Shown here in pieces: positions 14,042 through 26,306 of a DNA stretch of 64,000 nucleotides (the first letter of the stretch is position 1; each line of letters opens with the position of its first letter). Below the pieces are notes generated by a model. That model was given only the letters and a program-made list of their open reading frames with translations, was not told the origin of the DNA and searched no databases. The position numbers and the translations under genes are program-made. The DNA comes from Paraspadella gotoi (Eukaryota > Animalia > Chaetognatha), in NCBI GenBank assembly GCA_051294375.1, contig CM119264.1:1161923-1225922 (forward strand), written 5' to 3'.

Positions 14042-14548
14042 AGCCTTATTTTTCGAGAACGCCCCGTTTTGTCCTAAATTCGGAATGAGATTCATTTTTT
14101 GAGGTAAAGATTAGGTTAAAGGTTAGAGGTTAGGAATTAGGTAAGTGATTAAGGTTAGGGACTTGGTTTGTGATTAGGGTTAGGGATTTGGGCTAAGGAC
14201 TATAGTTTAGTGTTAGAGGTTTGGGTTAGAAATTAGGGATAGGGATTAAGGATTATGTAAAGGTTACAGATTAGAGTTAGGGATTAGGGACTAAGGATTA
14301 AGTATTAGATTAAGGTTACAGATTAGAGTTAGGGATTAGGAACTTAGGATTAAGGATTAGGTTAAGGTTACAGATTAGAGTTAGGGACTAAGGATTAAGG
14401 ATTATGTAAAGGTTACAGATTAGAGTTAGGGATTAAGGTCAGAGATTGGATTATAAGTATAAAAATATATATTCAAGTCAAATATTTATAAAAAAAATAA
14501 ATTTTTGGAAAAAAGAACAGAAATGGGGAACTATCGGAAAAGAGAGCC
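14042..14548 (+). mobile_element. MITE-like element with imperfect TIRs and an internal degenerate TTAGGG array (duplicate copy at 4007-4624)
   Basis: Left end AGCCTTATTTTTCGAGAACGCCCCGTTTT; right end AAATGGGGAACTATCGGAAAAGAGAGCC; interior of TTAGGG/TTAAGG/TTAGAG variants. Confidence 0.65.
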
Positions 14549-16449
14549 CCATTTGGCATTCCTCTGTTATTTATCCTTCTCTCCCTAAACCCACTGGATG
14601 GGCGAATGCTGCTTGGCTTAGAGGCGATGACGGAGTAGGGAGAATGTCCTTTCATAACAAATGGATAATGGAAAAAGAGAAAGGAAGAAAAAAGGGAAGG
14701 GTGGGAAAGTAGGAAAAAAAATAAGAAATATGATTTTACGGGAGGAGGGAGAAAAAATTAGAGGAAAAGAGGAGAGGGAGTAAGAGAAAAAGATAGGGGA
14801 GAAAAAAAGAGAAGGAATTAAGGGAGGATGGGAGAAAAACAAAGAGAGGGNNNNNNNNNNNNNNNNNNNNNNNNNNNNNNNNNNNNNNNNNNNNNNNNNN
14901 NNNNNNNNNNNNNNNNNNNNNNNNNNNNNNNNNNNNNNNNNNNNNNNNNNNNNNNNNNNNNNNNNNNNNNNNNNNNNNNNNNNNNNNNNNNNNNNNNNNN
15001 NNNNNNNNNNNNNNNNNNNNNNNNNNNNNNNNNNNNNNNNNNNNNNNNNNNNNNNNNNNNNNNNNNNNNNNNNNNNNNNNNNNNNNNNNNNNNNNNNNNN
15101 NNNNNNNNNNNNNNNNNNNNNNNNNNNNNNNNNNNNNNNNNNNNNNNNNNNNNNNNNNNNNNNNCAAAATTAAAGGATGAATATGTGGCGTTGCGAAGTA
15201 GTCGAATAATTTTTTTATGTAGGTTTATTATAATTATTTTTTACATGTTTTTTATTATACAGTACAACAAGGCAAAAGCCAAATTTTATCCTAAAAAAGG
15301 ATCCTTAATTCCCTCAGGCCCAATTTTTTTTCCTTTTGGTGGGCGAATTTACGACCAAAAATTAAAATTACAATATTTAAATACAAAAATACAAAAAATT
15401 AGCAAAATTTAAATACAACATCTTATGTATCGACCTTACTTTTTTTCGTTATTTTTTGTATTTTTTTTAAATTTTACTTTTTATTTTTAGTTTATTTTTA
15501 TTTCATTTATATTTCGTCTCATCTTTTTTTTTCTATTCTAAATTTAATTTCTTGCCTCCCTTTTGTCTCCCCTTCTTTCCTCAATTCTTTTTTTTCCTCT
15601 ACGATTCTCTTTTCAAGATCTCTTATACTTTTTTCTATTTTTTTTTTCCCTCGCGCCCTTCGTTCCGCCGCTCCTCCCGTCTCTGTCCAATTGGGTTAGC
15701 TTATATTAGTTTTAAAGATTAAGGTAAAGGTTAAGATTTAGGATAAGGATGAGGATTAAAAATTAATTTAAGTTAAATTAAGTTATAAAATAGGTTACGG
15801 ATAAGGTAAGTGATTAGGATTAATGATTAGGGTTAAGGATTTTAGATCAAGGTTAGAATTAGGAATTAGGGTTTGAATCTTATGTTAGTTTTTAGATTTC
15901 GTAATAAATTAAGTTTCAATATTAAGGTTAAAATTAAATTCAATGATTTAAAAAAAACGGAAATGGGGTGGCTTACCAAAAGAGAGCCAAGTGACTGAGG
16001 GTAAAAAAAAAGAAATGAAGAGAAAGAAGAAATGAAATTATATTTTCTTTTTTTTTAACTTTTTTCTTTTTTTTTTAATTCTTTTTTTTTTCTCTCTTTG
16101 ATTCAAAGTTTTCTTTTTTTTCCGCTCCAAAAATCCCCTTCCAGTTCAGGCAAATCGCAAATTATTTTAGGCCAAAGTTGATGTCATCATAATTGTATGA
16201 GACTCGAGAAAGAAAAGATATAAATCCTTTTGATGAGGACGACGATGAAGACGACGACGACGACAACGACGACGACAACGACGTCGATGAAGATGACGAT
16301 GAAGACGACGATGAAGACGACGACAACAACGACGTCGATTAAGATGACGATGAAGACGACGACGACGACGATGAAGACGACTAACGATGACAATTGCTTA
16401 GATGACTGAGACAGTAACAAATACCATAATGACAATGACTCTCAGCAAG

Positions 16450-16501
<52 letters not shown>

Positions 16502-16937
16502 TTTGTACAAAAAAATGTGAAAAATGTTTTTTTTCTCTTTTCAGAAAAAGCGACAAGGAATAAGTTGATTCGACGGAAGAGACGAGCCAAGAATTCGAAT
16601 GTGCGAAGAGGAGATAACTAATGCTTGTCAGTGATCAAGCTTTAGCTGAATAAAAGACCAAACTCTACTTTTACTTATCAGTGAAAAAACTTTAAAAAAA
16701 TCACCAGTTCTTCTTGTCTGTTATTAAGAACTAGCCAAAGAAGGACCAAATTTACTTCTGCTTTAACTAAAAAATAACTACAAAATACCAATTTTGCTTG
16801 TCAGCGATTAAATACCAAAACTAATATTTGCAGCAACTTAGAATTTGTCTCATTGCGGTTTAACCAAATCTCAAGATTCTCTGTACAATTTTTTATTCAA
16901 GGATAAGCTCAAGAAAAGTACGATTGTAAAGTCCTTG

Positions 16938-16989
<52 letters not shown>

Positions 16990-17076
16990 ACAGCGTGAAT
17001 ACTGGAATGAAAAGTGTGAGGAACTAAAAATAATCTTTTTAAATTTATTTTTTAGCTATAATTTTGTCAATATTTA

Positions 17077-17281
17077 GGCTCTCTTTTTCAAAAGCACCCT
17101 ATTTTTGTTCCATATTCTTAAAACCACATTTTTATTATAATATTTAACTCTAATATATCAACGAATCCATAACTTAATATTTAGCTCCAATTCTAATTAA
17201 CCAAAGCCTAACTTAATCCCCAACCCTAACTCCCCAATTCCAAATTTAAGGTGAAACGGGGCGTTCTGGGATAAAAGAGCC
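17077..17281 (-). mobile_element. Short member of the TTAGGG-MITE family
   Basis: GGCTCTCTTTTTCAAAAGCACCCTATTTT ... CCCTAA-like units ... AAACGGGGCGTTCTGGGATAAAAGAGCC. Confidence 0.6.
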
Positions 17282-18053
17282 GATAAAAGAAAAGGGATCC
17301 TGATGCAAAAAAAAAAAAAAAAAAAAAAAAGCCAGTGCACGGACAAAAACGGTTGGGGAGAAATTTGGGAAAGAAACGACATTTTCGAGAATTTTCACTC
17401 AAGGTCGTCTTCGTTGTCGTCGTCGTCGTCTTCGTTGTCGTCGTCTTCGTTGTCGTCGTCGTCGTCGTCTGGAAAAGAAAGAATGAAGAAGATGGCGCGA
17501 TTCTCATAGTCGTTGTTGTCGTTGATGTCGTATTAACATAGTCGCTTGCATACTCGTCGTCATCTTTTTTTTCATTGCTTGTATCAAAGTGCTTGTTTCC
17601 ATTCTTGTATTGATCGTTTTTCTTGTTTCCTTTTAATTCATTCTCATCAGCCTTAATTCCATTTTTCTCTCTTTCTTTTCCTTCGATCTCATCGTCAATT
17701 CTCTTATTTTATTTTATTGTATTTTATTCTCTTTTTACATCATCATAATCATCATCTTAATTGTAATTGTCCTTTTTGTTCCAAATTTCTTCGTTCCCAT
17801 CTTCATTTTCATCGTCATTGTTCCTATCTTTATGGTTCCCATCATCGTCTTTCCCATCATCGCTCTCTTCTCCGTCGTTCCCATCTTCATTATTCCCATC
17901 GTCGTCTTTCCCATCTTCACTCGCCGCGGTGAATGATCTCTTCCAAAGACGAACCTCGATTTACATCATTAAGTCCTGTGAACCGACAAGAAGGACCCTT
18001 TCTTTTCTTTTCTTTCTTTCTTTCTTTCTTTCTTTCTTTTTTTTTTCTTTCTT

Positions 18054-18086
<33 letters not shown>

Positions 18087-18349
18087 CTTTCATTCTGTAT
18101 TTCTTTCTGTATTTCTTTCTTTTCTTCCTTTTTTAATTCAATTTCTTTCTGCATTTCAATAGAAATCGATCTCCCACGGGCCGCGGGGGCGGGAGGCGAG
18201 AGAGAGGCGGGTTTTCTGTGTGGCGGCGTCGCGAGGGGCGGACAGAAGTTATTGTGGGGGATTTTGTGTGGTGGAGGAGGAGGAGGGAGGAGGAGGGAAG
18301 AGGGAGGAGTTTGTGGGGAAAGATTTGGAGAATGAGGTTCGTTGGTTGA

Positions 18350-18620
18350 GGTTTTAAGATTAAAGAGTAAAAAATGCAGATAAAAAATTATAGAATAAAG
18401 ATTAAAGATTATAGGTTGAAGATTAAAGATTACAGAATGAGGATTAAAGAATGAAGATTAAAAAATGAAGATATATAATGAAGATAAAGTTAAAGAATGC
18501 AGATTAAAGATTAAGGAATGAAGTTTAAAGATTAAATAATGAAGATTAAAGATTATACAATGAAGATTAAAGAATGAAGATTAAAGATTTAAGATTAAAG
18601 AATGCAGATTAAAGATTAAA
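18350..18620 (+). repeat. ~14-bp degenerate minisatellite
   Basis: GAATGAAGATTAAA-like units. Confidence 0.85.
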
Positions 18621-19704
18621 TAATTTACATGGTTACATGGTACAGGAGTGACTTGTAAAAGATTTGTATCGAGATGGAAAGGAGACAGAGAGAGAGACGA
18701 TCTAAAATTAGTCGTGGGATTCAAAGGATGAGAAGGTGAAGGCAAAAGGGGAGAGGGTTGATAAGAGAGGGGAGGGGAAGGGAGGAGAGCGGAGGGGAGG
18801 TGAGGGGAGGGGAAGGGATTGATAAGAGAGAGATGTCGGCAGGAAGGACAAGTGAACAGGGGAACAAATAGGGGAATAGACAGGGATAGGTAATATTGGC
18901 CTTGGGAAAGGATGTCAAAACTTGAGAGATAAACAAGGATAAACAAGGATAAACAAGGATATACTAGGGTAAATGAGAAAGGGGGCCAGNNNNNNNNNNA
19001 AGAGGGCCAGAGAGGGATATATAATGGCACAAAAAGAATACCCAGCGGGGAATCTGTAATCTGTGTGGTCAGCCTTAAATGGTAAATTATTGAAAGGAAA
19101 ATTTAAATATGATTGCTATTTATTTATTTATTTATTTATTTATTTATTTTCTATAAAACATTTTTAATTAAATAATAATTTTTTAAAGAAGAAGAATAAG
19201 TTCTTCTATAGATATTAAAAGAGATTAAATAGGTTATAAATAGTTTTTTTCGACATCAAGATTTGCGCTAACATCAATGCCAATCCAACTAGATGTTAGA
19301 CGCTAAACCATCCATTAAGTTCAAATAGTTAAATCCTTCAGTCCCTCCATTCTCATCACCCAGGGGAGACCTTTTTTAACTGATAAATATTTGGGAGATG
19401 CTTAGAAGGGAGAGGGAGAGGGAAAGAGGGAGTCAAAAGAGAGAGGGAGAGGGAAAGAGAGAGTCAAAAAAGAGAGAGAGGGAAGAGGGAAGTCAAAAAA
19501 GAGAGGGAGAGGGAAAGAGGAGTCAAAAAAGAGAGGAGAGGGAAGAGGGAGTCAAAAAAGGAGAGAGGGGCCTAAACAAAACGGAGGCGAGGTGAGGAAG
19601 AGAAAGAAGTAAACAAGGCACGAGACTTTTCAATCCAGATTTTCCAGGAATGAAATCTCTCTCTCTCTCTCGCTCTCTCTCTTCTCTCTCTCTCTCTCGC
19701 TCTG

Positions 19705-19766
<62 letters not shown>

Positions 19767-20805
19767 CTCTCTCTCTCTCGTCATCAGCCTTTTGCTTCAA
19801 ACGGGGGGGGACGGATGAAAATGTTTCCCTTGTAGCTCGTCAAACATGTAAATTTTATTTGTATCGTTAAGAATCGAGAGTTGAGTTCAAATTTAACAAA
19901 GAAAAATAGCAAAATTCGTTACATCAAACGACTGACGACCGACGACTGACTGACAGACGACAGCAGATTCTGTGCAAATTGCTTCACTGTTGTTTTCTTC
20001 GTCTTCGCTTAAAAAGTCAAAGTTTCGTCTTCTCAGGACCAAATTGGCCGATCGTCCTCTTCCCTAATTAGAACAAGAACGGTAATTAAAATGTGTTGCG
20101 CCGCAGCGACTGCCTATCACGTCTATTTCTCGTGACTTGACATGATATGACATGAAATGACATGACTACATGACTACAATAACTTTTTTAGCGCATGTAT
20201 TTATGACAGCACTGCATCGGCATTCCGTCTTTTGTTTTTAATAGTTTTAGGATTTCCTGATGGTGGCGCTAGTAGTTACGGACAGTCATCTTCAGCCTAC
20301 GTAGCGCCTTATCCACATGTACCTCATTTACTTTGTGATCATATGACTGTAGTTCTGGGTGGTCACGTTACTACACAAGTATGAAACATATGCACAACAA
20401 TCATCCATGGATATCATATTAATTAAAATATTAGTTATGCTGCATTGAATTTAAGTTCGTGCGATCGAGGAACAATTAGAAAACATGCACATTAAAGGTC
20501 TTATGGTACCATACTTTCCTATCAAATATAGACCTAAATATTATTAATTATTATTCGAATTATAAGCCTTGAAAAAATGTAAGTGAGACGGATCGAGGGA
20601 GCGACAGACATACCGACTGACCGACCCCAAATAGTCTAAAAGAGTACTCTGGGCGCAACTAAAAAGTTGATTGTAGCGATTCAATATCAGTACCCGTTGA
20701 ACAGGAAATTATCTAAACGACTACTTTTCCTTGAACCAAATAGGATTGCGTTAATTTTTTATCGAAATTTTTTTAAATTTTGTTATTTCTTGCATCTTTC
20801 CTTTG

Positions 20806-22437
20806 TCATCGACACCTATATCCATTGATGCCCGAATAAACTAACAATTCATTGCATTTGACTTGCAAGCAGGCGTCATCGTCCATCCAAATCTTCAGTC
20901 TGGAAATTGGTCGGCAATCTCTAGGCAACGGAGGAGGAACGCACCTTCAAGGAAGAAGAAATTATCGGATTATATAAGTGTATAATAAGTATATTATAAA
21001 AGATTATACAAGTTAATTGCAAATACTGGCTGCCAATTTAAATCAGCCGCTTTGATTTGATTCAAAATGTAATTGATTGAATTGATTATTTGTGAGATTT
21101 ACAAATATATTATATATTTTTTGCCAATATTTCAATTCACGTTTTGGAAAATAAAAAATTATTGCGCAAAATGAATTGAAATATTGGCAAATAAAATATA
21201 TAATACACCTGTGAATCCGACAAAGAAATTGTTAATTAATTTCAACCAGGAGATGTCCTAAAAGCAGATTCATGTCATGTCATGTCCATTTCCTCAAAGA
21301 GAGTAATTGATAGATATTTTAAAATAACTCAAAAAAGATATTTAACGGTTCGTACCAAGAGCAAACAATATAATTATTAATTAATTTATACCACTTATAA
21401 AAACTATTTGGCGTCGAATATTATCGCAAAATTCTTTGCACCAATTAGGCAGTATTTAAAAATGCTTGGAGCGATATTGATCTAATTGCTCGTCTCAAGG
21501 TTGACAAAATGCTTGTTTCAAAATGACATTATGGCTTGTCTCAAATTGACATCATTGCTTGTCTCAAAATTGATATCATTGCTTGTCTCTTGTCTCAAAT
21601 TGACATCATTGCTTGTCTCACTTTTGTCGACATCGAATCTCGGGACATTTTCCTTCCTCGTGTTTGATCGCCACCCACTCATGGTCATCGTCGATGCATC
21701 CGATTCTGGATGAAGGGAAGACATGAAAAGAAAAGAAAAGAAAAGAAAAGAAAAGAAAAGAAAAGACAAAAAAAGACAAGACAAGAAAAAAAAGAAAAGA
21801 AAAGAAAGAAAAAGAAAACAAAAAAAAAGAAAAAAGAAGAAAAAAAAAGAAAAGAAAAGAAAAGAAAAGAAAAGAAAAGAAAAGAAAAGAGAAAACCAAA
21901 GATAAAAAAAGACAAGACAAGACAAGACAAGAAAAGAAAAAAAAGAGAAAAGACAAGACAGGAAAAGGCAAGAGAGGTCAAGTCAAGACAAGACAAGACA
22001 AGACAAGACAAGACAAGACAAGACAAGACAAGACAAGACAAGACAAGACAAGACAAGACAAAACAAAAAAATGTAAAGAAAAGAGGAAAAAAAATGAAAA
22101 AATCCAATTGAAAATGTATTATTACAATCTTCAATCACAATAAGCTTCTACTAACTACCCAGGAATTGTTAGTTAAAAATATCTTTAAAATAAAATAAAT
22201 TAACAATTATATTGGTTTATATTGATTGGTCTTTTACTGAAAAGACTTATTTCATAATCACCTGGGCATCGGGCAAGAGAGGCACTTGTACTGAGGGCAT
22301 CCCCGCACGTCCTTTGTTTCAGACAAGATAGAAAATTCATCGCAATGCAACATAGAGGGCGGACAAGGCGGAGTCTCTCCCTGCGTCGGCGATGAACAAA
22401 ATAGCATCACGAAAACCGCGGGAAAAATAACAAGCAT
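20806..22437 (-). CDS. Unrecognised secreted cysteine-repeat protein, 3 exons (22437-22262, 21705-21622, 20944-20806), ~132 aa
   Basis: Needs no indel repair, and both introns are phase 2 GT-AG. Translation: MLVIFPAVFVMLFCSSPTQG-ETPPCPPSMLHCDEFSILSETKDVRGCPQYKC-LS-CPMPRIGCIDDDHEWVAIKHEEGKCPEIRC-RQK-CVPPPLPRDCRPISRLKIWMDDDACLQVKC-NELLVYSGINGYRCR*. Signal-peptide-like N-terminus and three C-x6/8-C-x14/16-C-x4-C units. Confidence 0.8.
21726..22065 (+). repeat. (AAAAG)n/(CAAGA)n pentanucleotide microsatellites in intron 1 of the Cys-repeat gene
   Basis: Directly visible tandem pentamers. Confidence 0.95.
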
Positions 22438-22700
22438 TTTTATAGTTTTTATGGTAATCTTAATTTTGAACGCGTGGAGACTTTAGTTAAAAAAAATAGG
22501 CCGGGGACAATGATTCTGGGTTTGGTTCATTTTTATACCAAAATTTATTTAACTTTTGAAATAGAGTTGGCGATCGTGTAGCTTCAGATAATGGTCGGTC
22601 TGTTCATCCATTTTAACCTTGCTTTGGTCAGTAAAAAATTAATTAATAATTAAATGCAAAGTAACTTGAAGATTTAAATTTTTTAAGAGTTTTTTTTTTT

Positions 22701-24940
22701 ATCGAGACAGACCGGGCGAAGCCGGTCCTGTCTCTATAATAATTCGCTTTGGCTTCTTTGTGCCGTAGTCGTCGTCGTCGTCTGCGTCACGCTTTTTTGC
22801 AATCATGGCTTCTAAAAGTGTGATATCATAGGAATTGAAAATTTATATATGGCTTCTAATCATCAAGATCTTTAAAATTCCCATGTTTCATATCAATATT
22901 CCTATTTGTTTATGTTTTATTTACAAAACAAAAACTTTTAATTATATGTCTCTTTCCCTCTCTCTTTCTTTTAATTATATGTCGCTCTCTCTCTCTCTTC
23001 TTTTTTTCTCAGTCACTGCTTCTTCTGATTTGTCTAAAAACGAGTTCTGGCTCTGCAGCGTCGTGCAGCGTCGTCCAGCTTCTTCTCTCTCTCTCTCTTC
23101 CTCTCTCTCTCTCTTTTTAACAAAAAAACATTTATATTTATATATATATATATATATTGTGGCTCACCAATATTGAAGACGATGCCGTCAGCAGTTTAAC
23201 ATCCATTCTCCCTTTTTTTTCTTTTTTTTCTTTTTTTTCCCACTTTTCTTGTATGAATCACAAGGGCGGAACCCGAGTCCTTCAGATTGGGAGGAGTTCG
23301 CGCTAACTCGGGCGCCATAGGTACTTACTTATTAAGTAGAGTAAAAGGGCTGTTGAGCTTTTCTCTCTCTTTTTCTCCGTCGCTGCTGCATCTGATTCCA
23401 GCGGCTGTCAGGCTTCTCTCTATCTCTCTTTTAATTATATGTCGCTCTCTCTTTCTCTCTTTTTTTTCTTCTAAATAGGGGAAGCCCCTCTCAATGGGGT
23501 GAATCAAAAATTTAGTATGGGAACTGCTCAAACGAAAATTTTAGGCATTTTTAAGTATACTTCAATGTACAAAAAATTTTTTATATGGATCTATACCCAA
23601 ATATTTATTTTTTAATATTTATTTATAGATAGGAAAGAGTTTGGCCCTACTCAGATTCGTGGAAAAAACGAGTTCAGCTCTGCAGCGGCGGTCCAGCTTC
23701 TCTCTATCTCTCTCTCTCCACTCTTTCTCTCTCTCTCTCTCTGATTATTTTTTCTTCTGAATAGGGGAAGCCCCTCTCAAAGGGAGTGAGTCAAAAATTT
23801 AGTTTGGGAACAAGCTCAAAGGAAAAATTTATACATTTATTAATTATTCTTTCAATGTACAAAAAATTCTTATATGACTTTATACCCAAGTATTTATTTT
23901 TAATATTTATTTATGAAAGGAAAGGAGTTCGACCCTATTCGATTCTTTAAAAACGAGTTCAGCTCTGAAGCGGCTGTCCAGCGGGCTGTCCAGCTTTCTC
24001 TCTCTCTCTCTCTGTGTCTCTTTCTTGTCTCTCTCTCGTCTCTATCTCGTGTCTCTTCTCTTTCTCTCTCTCTGTCTCTTTCTGTACCGTCTCTGGCGTG
24101 ATCGTGCGTTTTTCAAAAATTTTGATTATTTTTCTCCTTCTAAAAACTATTATTACGCCATTATTCCGCGCTTTTTTCTCATACAAAATCCCATAATTTC
24201 ATCGAGTTTTTCGTCGATTTTATTTTACGTCTGAGATTTATGTCAGAATATGTTTTATGTTTGGAAACAAAGTTCGACACTCTCTCTCTTATCTCTCTCT
24301 CTCATACACGCGTTTTGTTTTTATTTACGATGAATGACTCATCGCGTCAATGAATGACTATCATCGCATCAGTGATGAATATTATCGCCATCAATCATTG
24401 CATCAATTTTTGGTTATCATCGCATCAATTATTGGTTATCATCGCATTAATAAATTACTATTACATCAATCAAATTACAAAAAATCAATCAATTACTATT
24501 ACATCAATCAATCAATTACTATTATATCAATCAGTCAATCAATCACTATGGTTATCATTCCATCAATGCAATGATTATCATAACGTCAATGAATGCCTTA
24601 TCATCATATCAGTGTATAATTATCATCGTACCATTAGTCGACGGCGAAACTCGCTCGCCACTTCTCTTCTAATAATCGTCTCTCAAAAATAAAAAACAAT
24701 TTCTATCTTTTTTTGCCGGTTTATGGTTTAACTATCAACAATGTTTCTAGTATTAAGTTCCATTAGTTAGGCAGTGAAATGTGTATTTATTTTCTTTTTT
24801 ATATCGATTCAAGTATTTTTTGTTTGAATTTCCACATCATTATGATTTACTGCAGTATGCAAATTAGATTATAGTACTTTTTCATTAATTTTCTTTGATA
24901 GTAAGGTCTGTCGAGATCCTTATACTTTTAAGATTTTTTT
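22701..24940. mobile_element. ~2.2-kb insertion with Helentron-associated (HINE/DINE-1-like) architecture
   Basis: Absent from the duplicate at ~32630. It starts after a T-run with the hairpin GAGACAGACCGG-GCGAAG-CCGGTCCTGTCTC, then a (GTC)n tract and internal ~290-bp tandem units (23400-24010). Near the right end is GGTCTGTCGAGAT, an imperfect inverse of the left end, followed by a T-run. Confidence 0.6.
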
Positions 24941-26189
24941 ATCTAAAATTGCTATCGGTATATGATAATTGATAAATCTCTCTCGATAGGAAAACTATAA
25001 AAAGCTAAAAAAATAATGGCGAATAAAACACATTTTTTTGTATGATAAAACCTTTTAAATTAGGCAAACAAAAAACAATATCAAGGCAGTTTAATCGCTT
25101 TAATAAAATATTTACCAAGCCAGAACAGAAATACAAAAGTAGTTTGAAAAGCCAACAAAAGAGGCGATAAGGTTGAAGGAACAAAGATTTTTTCCTTTCT
25201 TACATTTGTGAAAATTACAAACGCTATTTCTTGCATTAGTGGCGTTCAGAGAACTGGTGACCCCTCCAAAAATTGTTGTTGGCGAGTCCTAGTATATAAG
25301 TATTTAAGTATTTAAAATATTTTTTTTCATATTTTCCACTGATTCTAAAAATATTAAAAAAATTAAAACCTTTACATGTTTTAATATATTTTTTTAGCCA
25401 CATGAGCTCTGTTCCCCGGTTCCCTTTAGAGCCCTGGGTTCTGTGGAGCATGTCCTGCCTCTTTTTACGCTCTCTGCTTGCTATATAATCATTATATATC
25501 AAAACAATATATTTTTTATTTGAGAATAGTTGTTGAGAATAATTTTGACTTTAGTCCTCTTAACGAAATTATCATAAATTAACTTCACCCAAAAAATTTA
25601 AATGAATAAGAGAATAAAAAAATTATGTGAAACTTTTAATTTGTGGCCTTACTCTTAAAAATCGCTTTCTTTGCTTCATTTTTCAAAAAATGTATCAAAT
25701 TATCCTTTCACACAATTGAAACATACTTTGAAAATATTATACCACTTCATTGATAAGAAAGCCAGGTACTCTCGGAGTGAATCTAAAAAGAGACTGAGAG
25801 AGAGTCTTGATTGAAAGCTTGCAGGGACCTGCTGTTTAATTATCTTGTCAGTGGTGATGGAGGCCTAAAACCAGCCTCGCCTGTCCAAAGTCACGGGCAA
25901 GATAGCTTATTTATTAATTGTTTATATGGTTGTATCAATTTCATTCAAAATGCATCTCGACTAACAAAAAAATCTCAGATTTGATGGATTATGAATTTCT
26001 ACCAACCTTTATTCAATTTATTCTTTTTATTTACACTAATATAAAAAAATCACATTTACATTTACAAATTTTAAGTTTTTTATGGCAGTAAATTACAGCC
26101 ATAAAATCTTTAAAATTTGTCTTTTTGTTCTAATTGTTCGCTAGCGTTCTCTGGCGGGCATTGACGGTACTAACGGACGCTATCGTAAC

Positions 26190-26306
26190 TGGCCAATACT
26201 CCGATGACGAAGCTCCGAATCAACAGCCAATCACAGACGCCCGAGGATAAGACGTATTCAGACTCGTCCAATCAACGAGAGTTCTTCTCGACAGTCGTCC
26301 AATCAG
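26190..26306 (+). promoter_or_regulatory. Cluster of four co-oriented CCAAT boxes (duplicate at ~33876-33990)
   Basis: CCAAT at 26193, 26227, 26268 and 26299 (three as CCAATCA) in a locally GC-richer island. Confidence 0.5.

Larger units (their letters stand above)
10130..16140 (+). other. Redundant second copy (haplotype or assembly) of 1-6329
   Basis: Collinear similarity with many indels; internal re-duplication at 13314-14230; a ~500-bp inverted piece after the gap at 15165. Confidence 0.9.

Noticed and set aside
15165-15690. Inversion polymorphism relative to 5400-5840
   Set aside because: It abuts an N gap and ends in garbled sequence; a mis-oriented gap fill is the simpler explanation.
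16230-16400. Acidic Asp/Glu-rich coding exon
   Set aside because: In-frame TAA stops interrupt the Asp frame; it behaves as a (GAC/GAT)n microsatellite.
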